The translations under genes and the position numbers were made by a program. Shown here piece by piece: positions 28,240 to 39,648 of a stretch of 64,000 bases of DNA (position 1 is the stretch's first letter; each line of letters begins with the position of its first letter). The stretch is taken from sequence record PP989838.1. The stretch is one strand, 5' to 3'. Under the pieces are notes generated by a model, which worked only from the letters and a program-made list of their open reading frames with translations, was not told where the DNA came from and searched no databases. The DNA comes from Escherichia phage VTCCBPA_211.

Positions 28240-28302
28240 CTAGTGTGATATATCTACTACCAAAGATACTTATATTATATAGTACTCTTATCGGTATAAG
28301 CG

Positions 28303-28311
28303 TAATGTATA
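28303..28311 (+). promoter_or_regulatory. promoter motif TAATGTATA
   Basis: Exact motif in the 416-bp intergenic region, about 60 nt upstream of the ATG at 28371. Confidence 0.5.
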
Positions 28312-28370
28312 CTATACATAACCGCTCAAAGAGAGCAACAATCTTTCAAATTAAATAAGGAAATTAAAAT

Positions 28371-29117
28371 ATGTCTATGATTCCAACTATCGCAACTGCT
28401 TCCCGTAAATCCAACTACGATGTAATCCCTGATGGTGAGTACGAAGCACGTATCGTTCGTGTAGTAGGTTTGGGTGTTCACAATCGTGACCCTTGGATTG
28501 ACCCGAAGACCAAAGCAGTAACTCCTAAGAATCCGGCTTTCCGTATGGATTTAGCTTTCGAGCTGATTGGTGTTGATGCTACTGGTAAAGATTCCGATGG
28601 TAAGGCATTAGAACCACGTCCGGCTTGCCAGTTCAAGAGCTATGATGTAAACCCACGAGCTAAGAACTCTGGTATTCTTGATCTTTGCAAGATGATTGAC
28701 CCAAGTATTCAAGCACTGAAAGGTGATCTGTCTTGGTTCAAGGATGTTCTGTTAGGTCAGCCTGTTAACATTCTGGTTAACTCTTACACTAACAAAGCTG
28801 GTGAAGTTAAAAACTCCATCAAGACCATTTCTCCAATCCCAACCAAATATCGTGCAGCAGTTGGTGAAGCTCGTAGTCCTCTGGTATTCTTCGAACCATA
28901 TGCTGAAACCGACGAGAACGTAGCATCCTATCAACTGATGTTCCCGTTCCAGCGCAACCTGCTTACTCAAGCTAATGACGCTAAGAACATGCCTCTGGCT
29001 GGTCGTGAAATTACTCGTGCTTCTGAAACAGAGCAGAAAGAAGCTACTCCTTCAATCCCTACGATTGATAAAGAGCCTGCTTCTACTTACGAAGACGACA
29101 ACGATAGCCCATTCTAA
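28371..29117 (+). CDS. probable single-stranded DNA-binding protein (T7 gp2.5-like)
   Basis: Acidic C-terminal tail ending in Phe (YEDDNDSPF); flanked by a TAATGTATA motif and a strong terminator. Confidence 0.4.
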   Translation: MSMIPTIATASRKSNYDVIPDGEYEARIVRVVGLGVHNRDPWIDPKTKAVTPKNPAFRMDLAFELIGVDATGKDSDGKALEPRPACQFKSYDVNPRAKNSGILDLCKMIDPSIQALKGDLSWFKDVLLGQPVNILVNSYTNKAGEVKNSIKTISPIPTKYRAAVGEARSPLVFFEPYAETDENVASYQLMFPFQRNLLTQANDAKNMPLAGREITRASETEQKEATPSIPTIDKEPASTYEDDNDSPF

Positions 29118-29139
29118 GTAACTCTCCTTGTTATAGCTT

Positions 29140-29163
29140 AGCCACCTTCGGGTGGCTTTTTTC
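29140..29163 (+). terminator. rho-independent terminator
   Basis: AGCCACC-TTCG-GGTGGCT hairpin followed by TTTTTT. Confidence 0.7.
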
Positions 29164-29410
29164 GTTGGAGACAATATGCAAAGTACATTAAGTGATAATG
29201 TAGGGTTTATCATTTTCTCAGCTCTTGTATTCTTTGGTGGTATGAAGTTTAACGAGTACCAAACAGACAGCAGTAATCTGGACAAAGAGAAGCACCAGCA
29301 AGAGTTAGAGATTGAAAGAAGTAGGGCAGCTGATGAAGTTGCTCAGAGGGTTCTTACCGGTTTGTCTAACTGGAAGAAGAACACGGAAACTATTTATAAA
29401 GAGATGCATT

Positions 29411-30700
<1,290 letters not shown>

Positions 30701-30704
<4 letters not shown>

Positions 30705-31594
30705 ATGAAGAAGTAAAAGCTTTAAAGAAAGCTCTTGCAATTAAAATCAAACATTTAAATTTCATCAGAGATGAGTTGGAGGAGCTATCCAACTTATCAG
30801 GGTATGAGTTACAGAATGAGCTTGTAGAGTTTCAAATCAATATTGATGGCGGTAAATACGTAGAAACAACTAGAGCGATTTTACCTAAAGTTACTGGTAA
30901 CAAAACTTCTCCAGTAGACTACTCACATGACCACACGGAGCAATTAGAAATGGAATCTCAAGGCAATTCAGCACTGACTAATATGGTGGAATGCTCCCAA
31001 TATAAACCTTTAGTGGTAATTCTTAATGGGCCTCCGGGTTGTGGTAAAGATACGATAGCTAGTGCTTGGGTAAATGCACACTCACACCATCATGGATATT
31101 CAACCAAGTCTTTCAAGGAGCCGATGTATAATGTAGCTGCTGCTGCATTGGGTATGCCTATAGAAAACTTTCTAGCACTCTATGAAGATCGTGAATGGAA
31201 AGAAAAGCCTAGACCAGAATGGGGAGGGAAGTCTGTAAGAGATTTGATGATCTCCACAAGTGAAGACTTCTTAAAACCTATGTTTGGCAACAACCATATG
31301 GGGAATCTTGCTGTAGAGAGCATCAAACAAGAAGGGCTGGGTCAGGACGACATTATTGTTTTCACTGACGGAGGCTTTGATGCAGAGGTACGAGAACTAG
31401 AAAAGAATTTCAATGTCCAAGTTGTCCAAGTGTTGAGGGATGGTTGTTCTTTCGATGGAGACTCTCGCTCGTACATTGAAGGAGAGCAGAGAAAAACATA
31501 TCTGCTATTTAATGACTCAACTGTTGAATCAGCAGTGTCAGATTTAGATTGGATTGTCGCTCAAGCTCAGGATGATATTTATGGAAGAAGTTAA
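30701..31594 (+). CDS. P-loop kinase (dNMP kinase-like)
   Basis: Walker A LNGPPGCGKDT after a coiled-coil N-terminus. Confidence 0.5.
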
Positions 31595-32399
31595 GCTCCC
31601 TGAAATTGCTCTAGTGGATGCTGACGTTCTTCGATATGAAGTAGGTGCTCTTACTCAGGAGCATCCCTTTCTTGACACAGGACGTGTTCCAGTTGATTAC
31701 AATTTCATGATTGAACGGCTTCAGTATAAGATTGATACAATCATAGCTCGGTCAGGTTGTAGTAAGGTTGTGTTCTACTTCAGCGAAGGTGGTAACTTCC
31801 GTTTCGATGTTGCTAAGCAACAAGACTACAAGGCAAACAGACCTCCCGGAGAAAGACCTTTTCACTGGCAAAACGTTGGTGATTACATTAAAGGTAAATA
31901 TGAATACATAGACGTATTTGGGAGAGAGGCTGATGATGCACTAGCTGAAAGGCAACGCAGAGATAAGAACACTATCATCTGTACTAGAGACAAGGATTTG
32001 TTGATAACTCCCGGATGGCACTACCGTTGGGCTTGTGGAGAAAGACAGAAAGAAGTTCCTCCTCACTATGTATCTGATTTAGTTTCATGGCAAAACTTCT
32101 TCTATCAAATGTTGATTGGAGATGGTACAGATAATATCCCCGGATGTGGAGAACGTAAAGAAGTTATGTGGGGTGGTAAGCTCCAGCTTCGACGTCAAGG
32201 AATAGGGAAGAAAGCAGCAGCTAAACTGTTGGCTGGTGTTACAGATAAGTGGACCATGTATCATATAGTACGAATGGAATATTATAAGAAGTTCGATACT
32301 GAAGATGAAGAGAAGATGCTTGAGAATGCTCGGCTGCTCTTTGTTGGTCAGACTCCGGAAGACCTATTTGATTGGTCGTGGTTAAATAAATCTTGGTAA
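31581..32399 (+). CDS. 5'-3' exonuclease (T7 gp6-like, FEN family)
   Basis: YKANRPPGE, GREADDALA, CTRDKDLL and GDGTDNIPG align with conserved blocks of T7 gene 6 exonuclease. Confidence 0.65.
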   Translation: MEEVKLPEIALVDADVLRYEVGALTQEHPFLDTGRVPVDYNFMIERLQYKIDTIIARSGCSKVVFYFSEGGNFRFDVAKQQDYKANRPPGERPFHWQNVGDYIKGKYEYIDVFGREADDALAERQRRDKNTIICTRDKDLLITPGWHYRWACGERQKEVPPHYVSDLVSWQNFFYQMLIGDGTDNIPGCGERKEVMWGGKLQLRRQGIGKKAAAKLLAGVTDKWTMYHIVRMEYYKKFDTEDEEKMLENARLLFVGQTPEDLFDWSWLNKSW

Positions 32400-32578
32400 T
32401 AAGGATATTATAATGGGTAAATTTGATTATCGTTCATATGATGAAAACTCCTCCAATCGTGAATCTCGTAAAGACCAAAAAATCAAGCATCAACTGTTTG
32501 ATCAGCGTACTGGTCGTATCCCTCGTGAGGGGAAAGTGAGTCATCGTGTAAACAAACGAGTTTGGGAAGAAGCTGATT

Positions 32579-32977
32579 ATGGCGAAGTCTGAGAAGACTC
32601 GTTGTAGTGGAATGTGGACTGAAGCTCGTTACAACTCTTTCATCAAGTCAGGGATTCGCTCTCTGACTAGAAAGTGGAAGCCCATGTTCGATGCACTAGC
32701 AGACGCCAAGACAGAGCAGAAGGTTAATCCAAAGACAGGCAGACTGGCAATGCACTTTAAGTGTGCCATGTGTGGTTCTGACCACCCTGTAAAGGATATG
32801 GCTATTGACCACATAGAGCCTATAGTTCCTCTTGACCATGAAGCAACTTGGGATGAAATCATCTCTCGTGCTCTGTGTGAGAAAGAAGGTTTTCAGGTTC
32901 TGTGTAAAGACCCTTGTCATAAGATTAAAACTAAGATGGAAAATGATGCAAGAAAACAATTCAAAAAAGGAAATTAG
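32579..32977 (+). CDS. HNH endonuclease (free-standing)
   Basis: CAMCGS...DHIEPIV...CKDPCHKIKT HNH/Zn motif. Confidence 0.7.
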   Translation: MAKSEKTRCSGMWTEARYNSFIKSGIRSLTRKWKPMFDALADAKTEQKVNPKTGRLAMHFKCAMCGSDHPVKDMAIDHIEPIVPLDHEATWDEIISRALCEKEGFQVLCKDPCHKIKTKMENDARKQFKKGN

Positions 32978-33200
32978 TGATGATCAAAAATCTACGCAAC
33001 AAGTGCTTCGCTTTCGCTATCGCAATTGGAGAGGCGAGGTTGCTGACCGGTCCGTTATTCCACTCCGAACCTCCGTTGCTAGCTCCCGTTTTCATAACGG
33101 TGGCAAACCTTGTTGGATTATGACAGCAATAGATGTAGAGAAAGATGAGATTCGAGAGTTCAAGCTCTCAGATATTATTCAATATTATGATTTAATTTAG
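32943..33200 (+). CDS. hypothetical protein (85 aa)
   Basis: ATG-start portion of track ORF 32832..33200; followed by the convergent terminator. Confidence 0.25.
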   Translation: MMQENNSKKEISDDQKSTQQVLRFRYRNWRGEVADRSVIPLRTSVASSRFHNGGKPCWIMTAIDVEKDEIREFKLSDIIQYYDLI

Positions 33201-33269
33201 GAGGGTATATGATTGAAGAATGCTGGGATGTATGACGAATTTGATGGTTTTTAAAACTTAGAAACAATA

Positions 33270-33307
33270 AAGCCCTCTTGGATTTCTCCTTGAGGGCTTT
33301 TCTTTTA
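33270..33307. terminator. bidirectional terminator between the convergent arms
   Basis: AAGCCCTC ... GAGGGCTT hairpin flanked by T-runs on both strands. Confidence 0.55.
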
Positions 33308-36300
33308 TCACTCCTTAGGTCGAACTCTTACACGGAGTCTCGATTGACGCTTACTGCGTTCAAGCTTCTCTGACAATGAGCCACGTTTAATCTTCGGCTT
33401 CCCTTCGTCATTAAACTTCTCCAAGAACTTCAAGTACTCAGTACGATTCGTTGTCTTGTAAGAAGGAATCTTAACATCAGGGTTCTCTTCGATTACACGT
33501 CTCATCTTCGCTACATCATCCCTACCAAGCAACTTACTCTTAGCCTGTTCAGCTGTAGAACCAAAGATCTTCTCCAGTGCCCTAGATTTGTTACCACCTG
33601 CGGAAGAAGCACCAAGTTTAGCAATGGCAGAGTAATCATCAGCACTAAACCAAGCTACTGGATTATCACCATACTTCTTCTTGTTTTCAGCAGCAGTCTG
33701 CAATGCACGCACAAAGCGACGGTTGTTACCAGCCTTATCTGCACCATGAACCCTGTCTAAAACTTCAGCCACACTAGCCAACTCATCCAAGCTCTTCCCA
33801 CTCAAGAAAGCTTTCTCTACTTTATCAGCAAAGACCTCTTCTTGTTGTTTAATGCTTTCCAAGATATCAGAATTTGCTTGAGATTTTTCATCATCAGGCA
33901 GAGCAGAACGAATCTTCTCCATCTCCAACTCTTCCTCTTGCAGTTTCTTAATATCAGAGTCAACCTTCTGAGCCTCCTCAACAGCCTTCCTAGTATCCGA
34001 ATCCAAGTTATCAAGCTTACCTTCAGTATTTCCAGTAACCTTAACAATCTCTTTCTCGATAGGAGTCATTGATTCGTACTTCTTAGCGAACTTCTCAACA
34101 TCAGCTTCGATACGAGAGCGAGCATTCTGATGTTCAGTCGGAGTCATAGGCTTCTCAAGAAGTGCATAACGGTTATCCATATAGGAACCAGCAAACGCTT
34201 CAGCATCCTCTCTAGATATGCCCTTATCTTCCATAGTACGCATCAGGCGGCGATGAATGTCATCACGTTGACGTTGTACTGCCATAAGGTCATTCTCACG
34301 CTCTTGGGCCGCTTTAAGCTCTTCACTGCGCTTAACTCTCTTGTCCACATCAAACTTACGGTTCATCTCTTCCGCTTGCTCATACATCTTGTTCCACTTA
34401 GCCTGACGAGCATCTTCCTCTGCATCAGTTAAACGACGCTGACGATCAAGGTAATCTGACTCGGCGTTGTGGATACGTTCAATATAACTACGGAACTTCT
34501 CTGGAGGAACTGGAGAGTTCTTATCGTGGTGAGCAGCCAACTGTTTCAGTGTACGAGATTCCTGAGCCTTACGAACAGGTTTAGGTAAACCTTCCATCAT
34601 CTTCTCAATCTCACTCTTCTGAGCTGCAATAGCCTCTAGAGTTTTACGTTCATTCTCAACAGCAGCTTTAGCATCCGAACGAGCCTGAGCCTTTTTCCTG
34701 AGTGTAGCAAGACGTTCTTCACGAGCCTGTAAATGCTTAGCAGCAGCTTCGTACTGAGAGTTCTTGTTAGCTTTGTTGAAGGCATTCACTTCTCTGTTAT
34801 AGGTGTTAATAAACCCATCCCAAATATCCTTCATCTGACCAACTTCCAAAGCCTCTTCCCTACCAGCCTTCTCTGAAGATTTAAACTTTCCATCTACAAA
34901 GTCATTCATCAATTTACGCATAGCGTCTTTCTGAGCAGGACGTAAAGGTTCTGCATCAATCAAAGTATCAATCTCAGACTGAAGCTCTTTCTTCTGGTCA
35001 ACCAGCTTAGGAGCATTCTTGTTATCGAAAGCTTTATTCTCTTCTAGAGCTTGTTGGTACAGTCTATCAAACTCATCTTCACGCTGCTTCTGATACAACC
35101 TTTCAGCACGACGTTTCAGACTATCCAAGTTAGTTACGTTCCCACCTAAACCTTTCTCTTCAGCACGTAATGCCTTAGTAGCAATGTCTTCTGGCAGACC
35201 ACGTTCTTTAACCCATTCAGCAAAGTTAGTTCGTACAGTGTTGTTCTTAGCAGTAGCAATACCTTGCTGAGAAGCCAGCTGGTTACGAGCCATCTCTTCA
35301 TGACGTTCAGTGTTGATAGCATTATCTTCCCGACGAATACGCCGCATCAACTCCAAAGGGTCTCCCTTGTAAGCCAAGAAGTTTTCAGCAGTAGCTTTAG
35401 CTTTAGCAGCCTTAGAGTATAAAGATTTAGCAAAACGTGTTGCACGATCTTTAGCAACTTGACGAGCAGTGCTTGACATAGCAGCTAGGAATTCTACACC
35501 ACTTTCCGGTTTAACATCCTGTACAGCTTCCTGAGGAGCTTTAGGGGAACGGGTAGGTAATGGATCAGCTTGTCTTAGAGAACTAGCTTTGACCATATCA
35601 TTTGAGTCAACCAAATTATGGTTACGCAAAAACTGTTGCTCAGCCGGGGTGAACTGATTTAGGCGAAGGGCAATGTTGCCATTTAAATCTTGAGAAAGTA
35701 TCCCATCTTCAGCATAGTGAGAGAGAGATTCTTTAGTAACAGAAGATGCATCCTCTGATGAAGCCTTTTGGCCCTCTTCTTGAGCACGTTGCTGCTCTGT
35801 TGCACGGCGCTCCTCTAAAGGATTACGAGCAGGAAGAGGTTCAGCCTGTGGAGCTTGTTCAACAGGAGCTTCTTGAGCAGCCAATGCCTCTTCTTCAGCG
35901 CGACGCTGTTCAGCCTGACGGATAGCACGTCTTTGAGCAACTAAATCACGAGCCGTAAGAGGGGCTTCTTGAGGAGCAGAAGAAGGAAGATTTTCTTCCG
36001 TCACAGTACTAGAAGAAGGCTCCCGAACCGGTTCGGTTTCCACGTCATTTTGCGTCTTAAAATTAATGTCATCAACAGCTGGTTCTTCTTCCATCTTAGT
36101 GCGAGCTTCATCAGCAGCGGATTTAGCACGAGCAACTTCCAAATCACCACGAGCTAGAGAGCGGATAGCTTCACTGTTAGATTCTTGTTGCTTAACACGT
36201 TGAGAGCGAGCACGCTGAGAAGAGAAGCGATTCAGAGCATATTTAGCAGCACCAAGAGTGTTCATTACCAGACTAGGTGAAGAAGCCTCACGGAAGCCAT

Positions 36301-37888
36301 CATCAGTCAGGGAAGTCCAGCCACGATCTTGGTTGCTCATGAATTTAGCTGTATTGTTCAGAGTGTAAGCATCTTGGATAGGATTAAAACCTTCAGGCAT
36401 ACCTTTCAGTTTCTTCAACCCACCAATAGCTTTCTTCATCTCTGGAGAAACATTATCAGCCATCTTCTGTAGTTCAGCAGCTTTCTCTACAAAGTTATTA
36501 AAGTCTTCACCATCACGAGCTTTGAATCGATTTGCTTCATTATAGAAAGTCTTGTAAGCATCAATGAAATCACGGTCAGCTTGTGTGCGATTCTTAACGT
36601 CAAGTGGACTACCGGTGAAGTGCCCAGATGCTCTAAGAGAAGTTAATTCACGATCTAGGTTGTCTAGAACATCTGTAAGGGCTTTCGTGTTGTCTTTGGT
36701 GTAATCAGCCATTGCATCCTTCATAGCAACAGCCTGCTTCTGGTTGTGCTCGTTATCAGCGAATGCTTTACCACGAGTCTTAGCAGGAGAAGCTAAAGGG
36801 TTGAGGCCCGGAATGTTGGAATGTTCTTTCTGAACGGAAGCAGCTTTCTCAGCACGAGCTTGGTCAGTATTAAGAATACGCTGAGCAGCAGGAGAATCTA
36901 CAGCAACAGCATCTGTAATACGGAATCCATTCTCATCTAGAAGGTTCAGAGCAGAAGCAGCGTTAGCAGTTTCAGCTTTAGAGTAAGCCTCTTTCAGCTC
37001 ATCAATATTCTTAGCACTACGAATCAGTTCATCATCAGCAGCAATATCAGTCTTCGCATACTCTGGAGTGTTCCTGAAGACAGCAGAATCCGGACGGCTA
37101 ATCAAACCATGAACCCCACCAACTGCACCACCAAATGCAGCACCCATAGCTCCTTCTTCGATAACACCTTCCAATGTCTTAGCTAGATCATTGTCATCAC
37201 CATACTTGTTCTGCGCTTCAGCAGCACCTATAAGAGCTCCGCCCTTAGCACCAGCCACTGCGTTAGTAGCAACGTTCTGACCAATACGTCCAAGTGTGGA
37301 CTCAGCTGTACCAACAGCACCCGGAAGGATTCTCATAGCCGCGTAGTTAGCACCACCAACTAAAGCTGCATCTAGAATAGACTTATCTTCTCCCTCTTCA
37401 GGGGTTTGGTCTGCATACGCACGACCTGTCTCACGACCTGCGATGATAGCAGCAGCCGCCAATGGGTTAGCAACAGTCATGCCGATATCACCAGCAACGC
37501 CAGCATACTGACCAACAGTTTTACCAATCCCATCCTCAATCTTATCCATACGTTCTTTCAGAAGGTTCTGAGAGTTCTCTTGGATACGCTTACCATAACT
37601 AGTTTGTGCTCCAGCTAGATTCTCACCAATCTCAACTAAACCACCAATACCTTTAGCAGCACTAGCTGCGATGTTTGCACCACCAGATTGAAGAGCATTT
37701 GACACACCTTGAGCAAACTCACCTATAGCACCACGTTCTTCTTGTTGTGGTTGTGCTGCTGGTTGTTCCTCAGGAATAGAGCCACCTGCTGCCTTATATT
37801 GTTCTCTCATTTGAGCCTGCTGCTCTGGAGAGGCATTCAGATACGCAGGAGCTTTGGAAGCTTCTTCCCACGGTTTAATGTTAGCCAT
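33308..37888 (-). CDS. large internal virion / ejection protein (about 1526 aa, coiled-coil rich)
   Basis: Start set to the ATG at 37888 (MANIKPWEE) with AAAGGAGA SD just downstream of a TAATGTATA motif; last gene before the convergent terminator. Confidence 0.45.
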   Translation of the reverse strand: MANIKPWEEASKAPAYLNASPEQQAQMREQYKAAGGSIPEEQPAAQPQQEERGAIGEFAQGVSNALQSGGANIAASAAKGIGGLVEIGENLAGAQTSYGKRIQENSQNLLKERMDKIEDGIGKTVGQYAGVAGDIGMTVANPLAAAAIIAGRETGRAYADQTPEEGEDKSILDAALVGGANYAAMRILPGAVGTAESTLGRIGQNVATNAVAGAKGGALIGAAEAQNKYGDDNDLAKTLEGVIEEGAMGAAFGGAVGGVHGLISRPDSAVFRNTPEYAKTDIAADDELIRSAKNIDELKEAYSKAETANAASALNLLDENGFRITDAVAVDSPAAQRILNTDQARAEKAASVQKEHSNIPGLNPLASPAKTRGKAFADNEHNQKQAVAMKDAMADYTKDNTKALTDVLDNLDRELTSLRASGHFTGSPLDVKNRTQADRDFIDAYKTFYNEANRFKARDGEDFNNFVEKAAELQKMADNVSPEMKKAIGGLKKLKGMPEGFNPIQDAYTLNNTAKFMSNQDRGWTSLTDDGFREASSPSLVMNTLGAAKYALNRFSSQRARSQRVKQQESNSEAIRSLARGDLEVARAKSAADEARTKMEEEPAVDDINFKTQNDVETEPVREPSSSTVTEENLPSSAPQEAPLTARDLVAQRRAIRQAEQRRAEEEALAAQEAPVEQAPQAEPLPARNPLEERRATEQQRAQEEGQKASSEDASSVTKESLSHYAEDGILSQDLNGNIALRLNQFTPAEQQFLRNHNLVDSNDMVKASSLRQADPLPTRSPKAPQEAVQDVKPESGVEFLAAMSSTARQVAKDRATRFAKSLYSKAAKAKATAENFLAYKGDPLELMRRIRREDNAINTERHEEMARNQLASQQGIATAKNNTVRTNFAEWVKERGLPEDIATKALRAEEKGLGGNVTNLDSLKRRAERLYQKQREDEFDRLYQQALEENKAFDNKNAPKLVDQKKELQSEIDTLIDAEPLRPAQKDAMRKLMNDFVDGKFKSSEKAGREEALEVGQMKDIWDGFINTYNREVNAFNKANKNSQYEAAAKHLQAREERLATLRKKAQARSDAKAAVENERKTLEAIAAQKSEIEKMMEGLPKPVRKAQESRTLKQLAAHHDKNSPVPPEKFRSYIERIHNAESDYLDRQRRLTDAEEDARQAKWNKMYEQAEEMNRKFDVDKRVKRSEELKAAQERENDLMAVQRQRDDIHRRLMRTMEDKGISREDAEAFAGSYMDNRYALLEKPMTPTEHQNARSRIEADVEKFAKKYESMTPIEKEIVKVTGNTEGKLDNLDSDTRKAVEEAQKVDSDIKKLQEEELEMEKIRSALPDDEKSQANSDILESIKQQEEVFADKVEKAFLSGKSLDELASVAEVLDRVHGADKAGNNRRFVRALQTAAENKKKYGDNPVAWFSADDYSAIAKLGASSAGGNKSRALEKIFGSTAEQAKSKLLGRDDVAKMRRVIEENPDVKIPSYKTTNRTEYLKFLEKFNDEGKPKIKRGSLSEKLERSKRQSRLRVRVRPKE

Positions 37889-37926
37889 AACGTCTCCTTT
37901 TATAAATAAAAATGTCCTACCCCCTA

Positions 37927-37935
37927 TATACATTA
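37927..37935 (-). promoter_or_regulatory. promoter motif TAATGTATA (minus strand)
   Basis: Motif then AAAGGAGA SD then ATG at 37888. Confidence 0.5.
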
Positions 37936-37955
37936 TAGAAGGCAGGACTTAGGTC

Positions 37956-39635
37956 TTATTGAGTGAACCAGCTAGTATCTGAAGAATCGGATAAAGCACC
38001 ACCCTTCAATTTAGGAGGCTTGTCATCAGGGAATGTTTTATCATGAACTTTACTGTGTCCACGAGACCATTCTTTAAACTCTTCAGTAGTGAGTCGAACA
38101 GAGCCAGGAGCAAAAATAGAGTTAGCAGCTCTGATAGCATTTTCAGGAGCCAAACCACTGTCAAGAATCAAAGATTCCACTAGAGGGGCTACTTGGTATT
38201 TAGTTGCCTCTTTATCAATTTCTTGAATCTCTGTACCAAGTGCTTTAAGCCACTTAATGTTTGCTTCGGTTGGGCCTTGACCTGCCATCATCTGAATCTT
38301 GTTCAACTTGTTGTTAACCCAATCTGGATCACCTGTAAGCTCATTCATAACTTCTCCGTTAATAGAAGCTAAACCACCCTGAATAAGTTTAGTCAAGTTC
38401 TCAATAGCAGCACGTTGCTGAGCTGAGTTCTCTTGAGAGTTTGCACCAGTTCCTAGTTTAGAAATAGCAGCTTCTGTAGGAGCCATCCACTTGTTTCGAG
38501 AAGCTAGGACATTAATAACAGGACGATAAGATTGCTGTAGCTTATCTCGTAAGTTAGGGGTAATACCACCAAGCTCCTCTGTTTTTTCCCACTTGGGAGA
38601 TGTTCTACGAACATTGTGTTCCTTCTTGAACAAAAGGTTGTCACGAACAATCTCACCACGAGCTTCTGCCAGAGCTAATTGGTTTTCCAAAGTAGCCTTA
38701 CGATTTCTCTCAGCAGATTCTTCACTGATAGCTTGACGTCTATCCCACTCAGCATTCTGACGTCTTTCACGCTCAGCGTATAAAGCTTCCTGTTGAAGAG
38801 GGTCTTTAGCTCTCATCTTCAGAAGAGAAGGGTCTCCGCTTGCGATAGCAGCAGCAATGGAGTCTTGAGAGAAACCTTGTTCAACCAATGCATCACGGTT
38901 AGCTTCTAGTTGTTTCTTAGTCTCATCTTGGTTAGCCATACCTTGACCAATTTGGAAAGCTTCAATTGGAGACTTACCTGACATGATTGAAAGACCTACA
39001 CCCATTAAGCCTGTGTAGAAACTAGAGTTCTGATAGAACGGCTCTTTCTGTAACTTATTCCAAGCCTCTGAAGGGTCTTTAGCTTTTGCAATCTGCATGA
39101 TATCAGAGTTAACACGTTCTTGATCTTTTGCACGAGTAGCCCCAGCCATGCCTTCACTAGTGTCCTGACTTTGAGCAAGAGTGGTAACAACACCTTGTGC
39201 CTGCTCTACTTGAGAAGGAGTAAACTCTGTAGGACCATCTTCGAGAGGCTTAGTCGGAGGCGTCACCGGAAGAGGGTCGCTAGGCATAAGTCCCGCATCT
39301 TGTAAACCTTGATCAGTGGATAGGTTAGGATTAGCTGCTACAGGAGCTGGTTCCCCAACATCAATGCCCTGAAGGCTTGTTGGAGTTCCTCGATTCTGTT
39401 GTTCCATAAGACGTTGCTGGAATCCCGGATTCACCATAGCATTCTGATCTTCTTCTGCCTGAGAGACAAGGCCAGCAAGAGATGAAGGTACAGCAGGACG
39501 TTGGTACATAGAAACATCTGATGTCTGAATAGGTCTAGCCATATAAGGAGAGGCCGAAGCCGCTCCCGGATTAACACCATAGAAAGTATTTCTCGGGTCA
39601 CGACTCCTGACCTGAGCGTAAGTTGTCTGTTGCAT
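37956..39635 (-). CDS. internal virion protein (559 aa)
   Basis: Long ORF with AGGAGA SD in the structural operon. Confidence 0.4.
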   Translation of the reverse strand: MQQTTYAQVRSRDPRNTFYGVNPGAASASPYMARPIQTSDVSMYQRPAVPSSLAGLVSQAEEDQNAMVNPGFQQRLMEQQNRGTPTSLQGIDVGEPAPVAANPNLSTDQGLQDAGLMPSDPLPVTPPTKPLEDGPTEFTPSQVEQAQGVVTTLAQSQDTSEGMAGATRAKDQERVNSDIMQIAKAKDPSEAWNKLQKEPFYQNSSFYTGLMGVGLSIMSGKSPIEAFQIGQGMANQDETKKQLEANRDALVEQGFSQDSIAAAIASGDPSLLKMRAKDPLQQEALYAERERRQNAEWDRRQAISEESAERNRKATLENQLALAEARGEIVRDNLLFKKEHNVRRTSPKWEKTEELGGITPNLRDKLQQSYRPVINVLASRNKWMAPTEAAISKLGTGANSQENSAQQRAAIENLTKLIQGGLASINGEVMNELTGDPDWVNNKLNKIQMMAGQGPTEANIKWLKALGTEIQEIDKEATKYQVAPLVESLILDSGLAPENAIRAANSIFAPGSVRLTTEEFKEWSRGHSKVHDKTFPDDKPPKLKGGALSDSSDTSWFTQ

Positions 39636-39648
39636 ATTTATCTCCTAA

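Noticed and set aside
34130-34432. Track ORFs antisense to or nested within long genes (for example 34130..34432 +, 52094..52465 +, 55712..56443 +, 59168..59467 -, 60558..60926 -, 1028..1222 -)
   Set aside because: They lie fully inside strongly supported genes on the opposite strand or in another frame, lack ribosome-binding sites, and have skewed composition typical of shadow ORFs.
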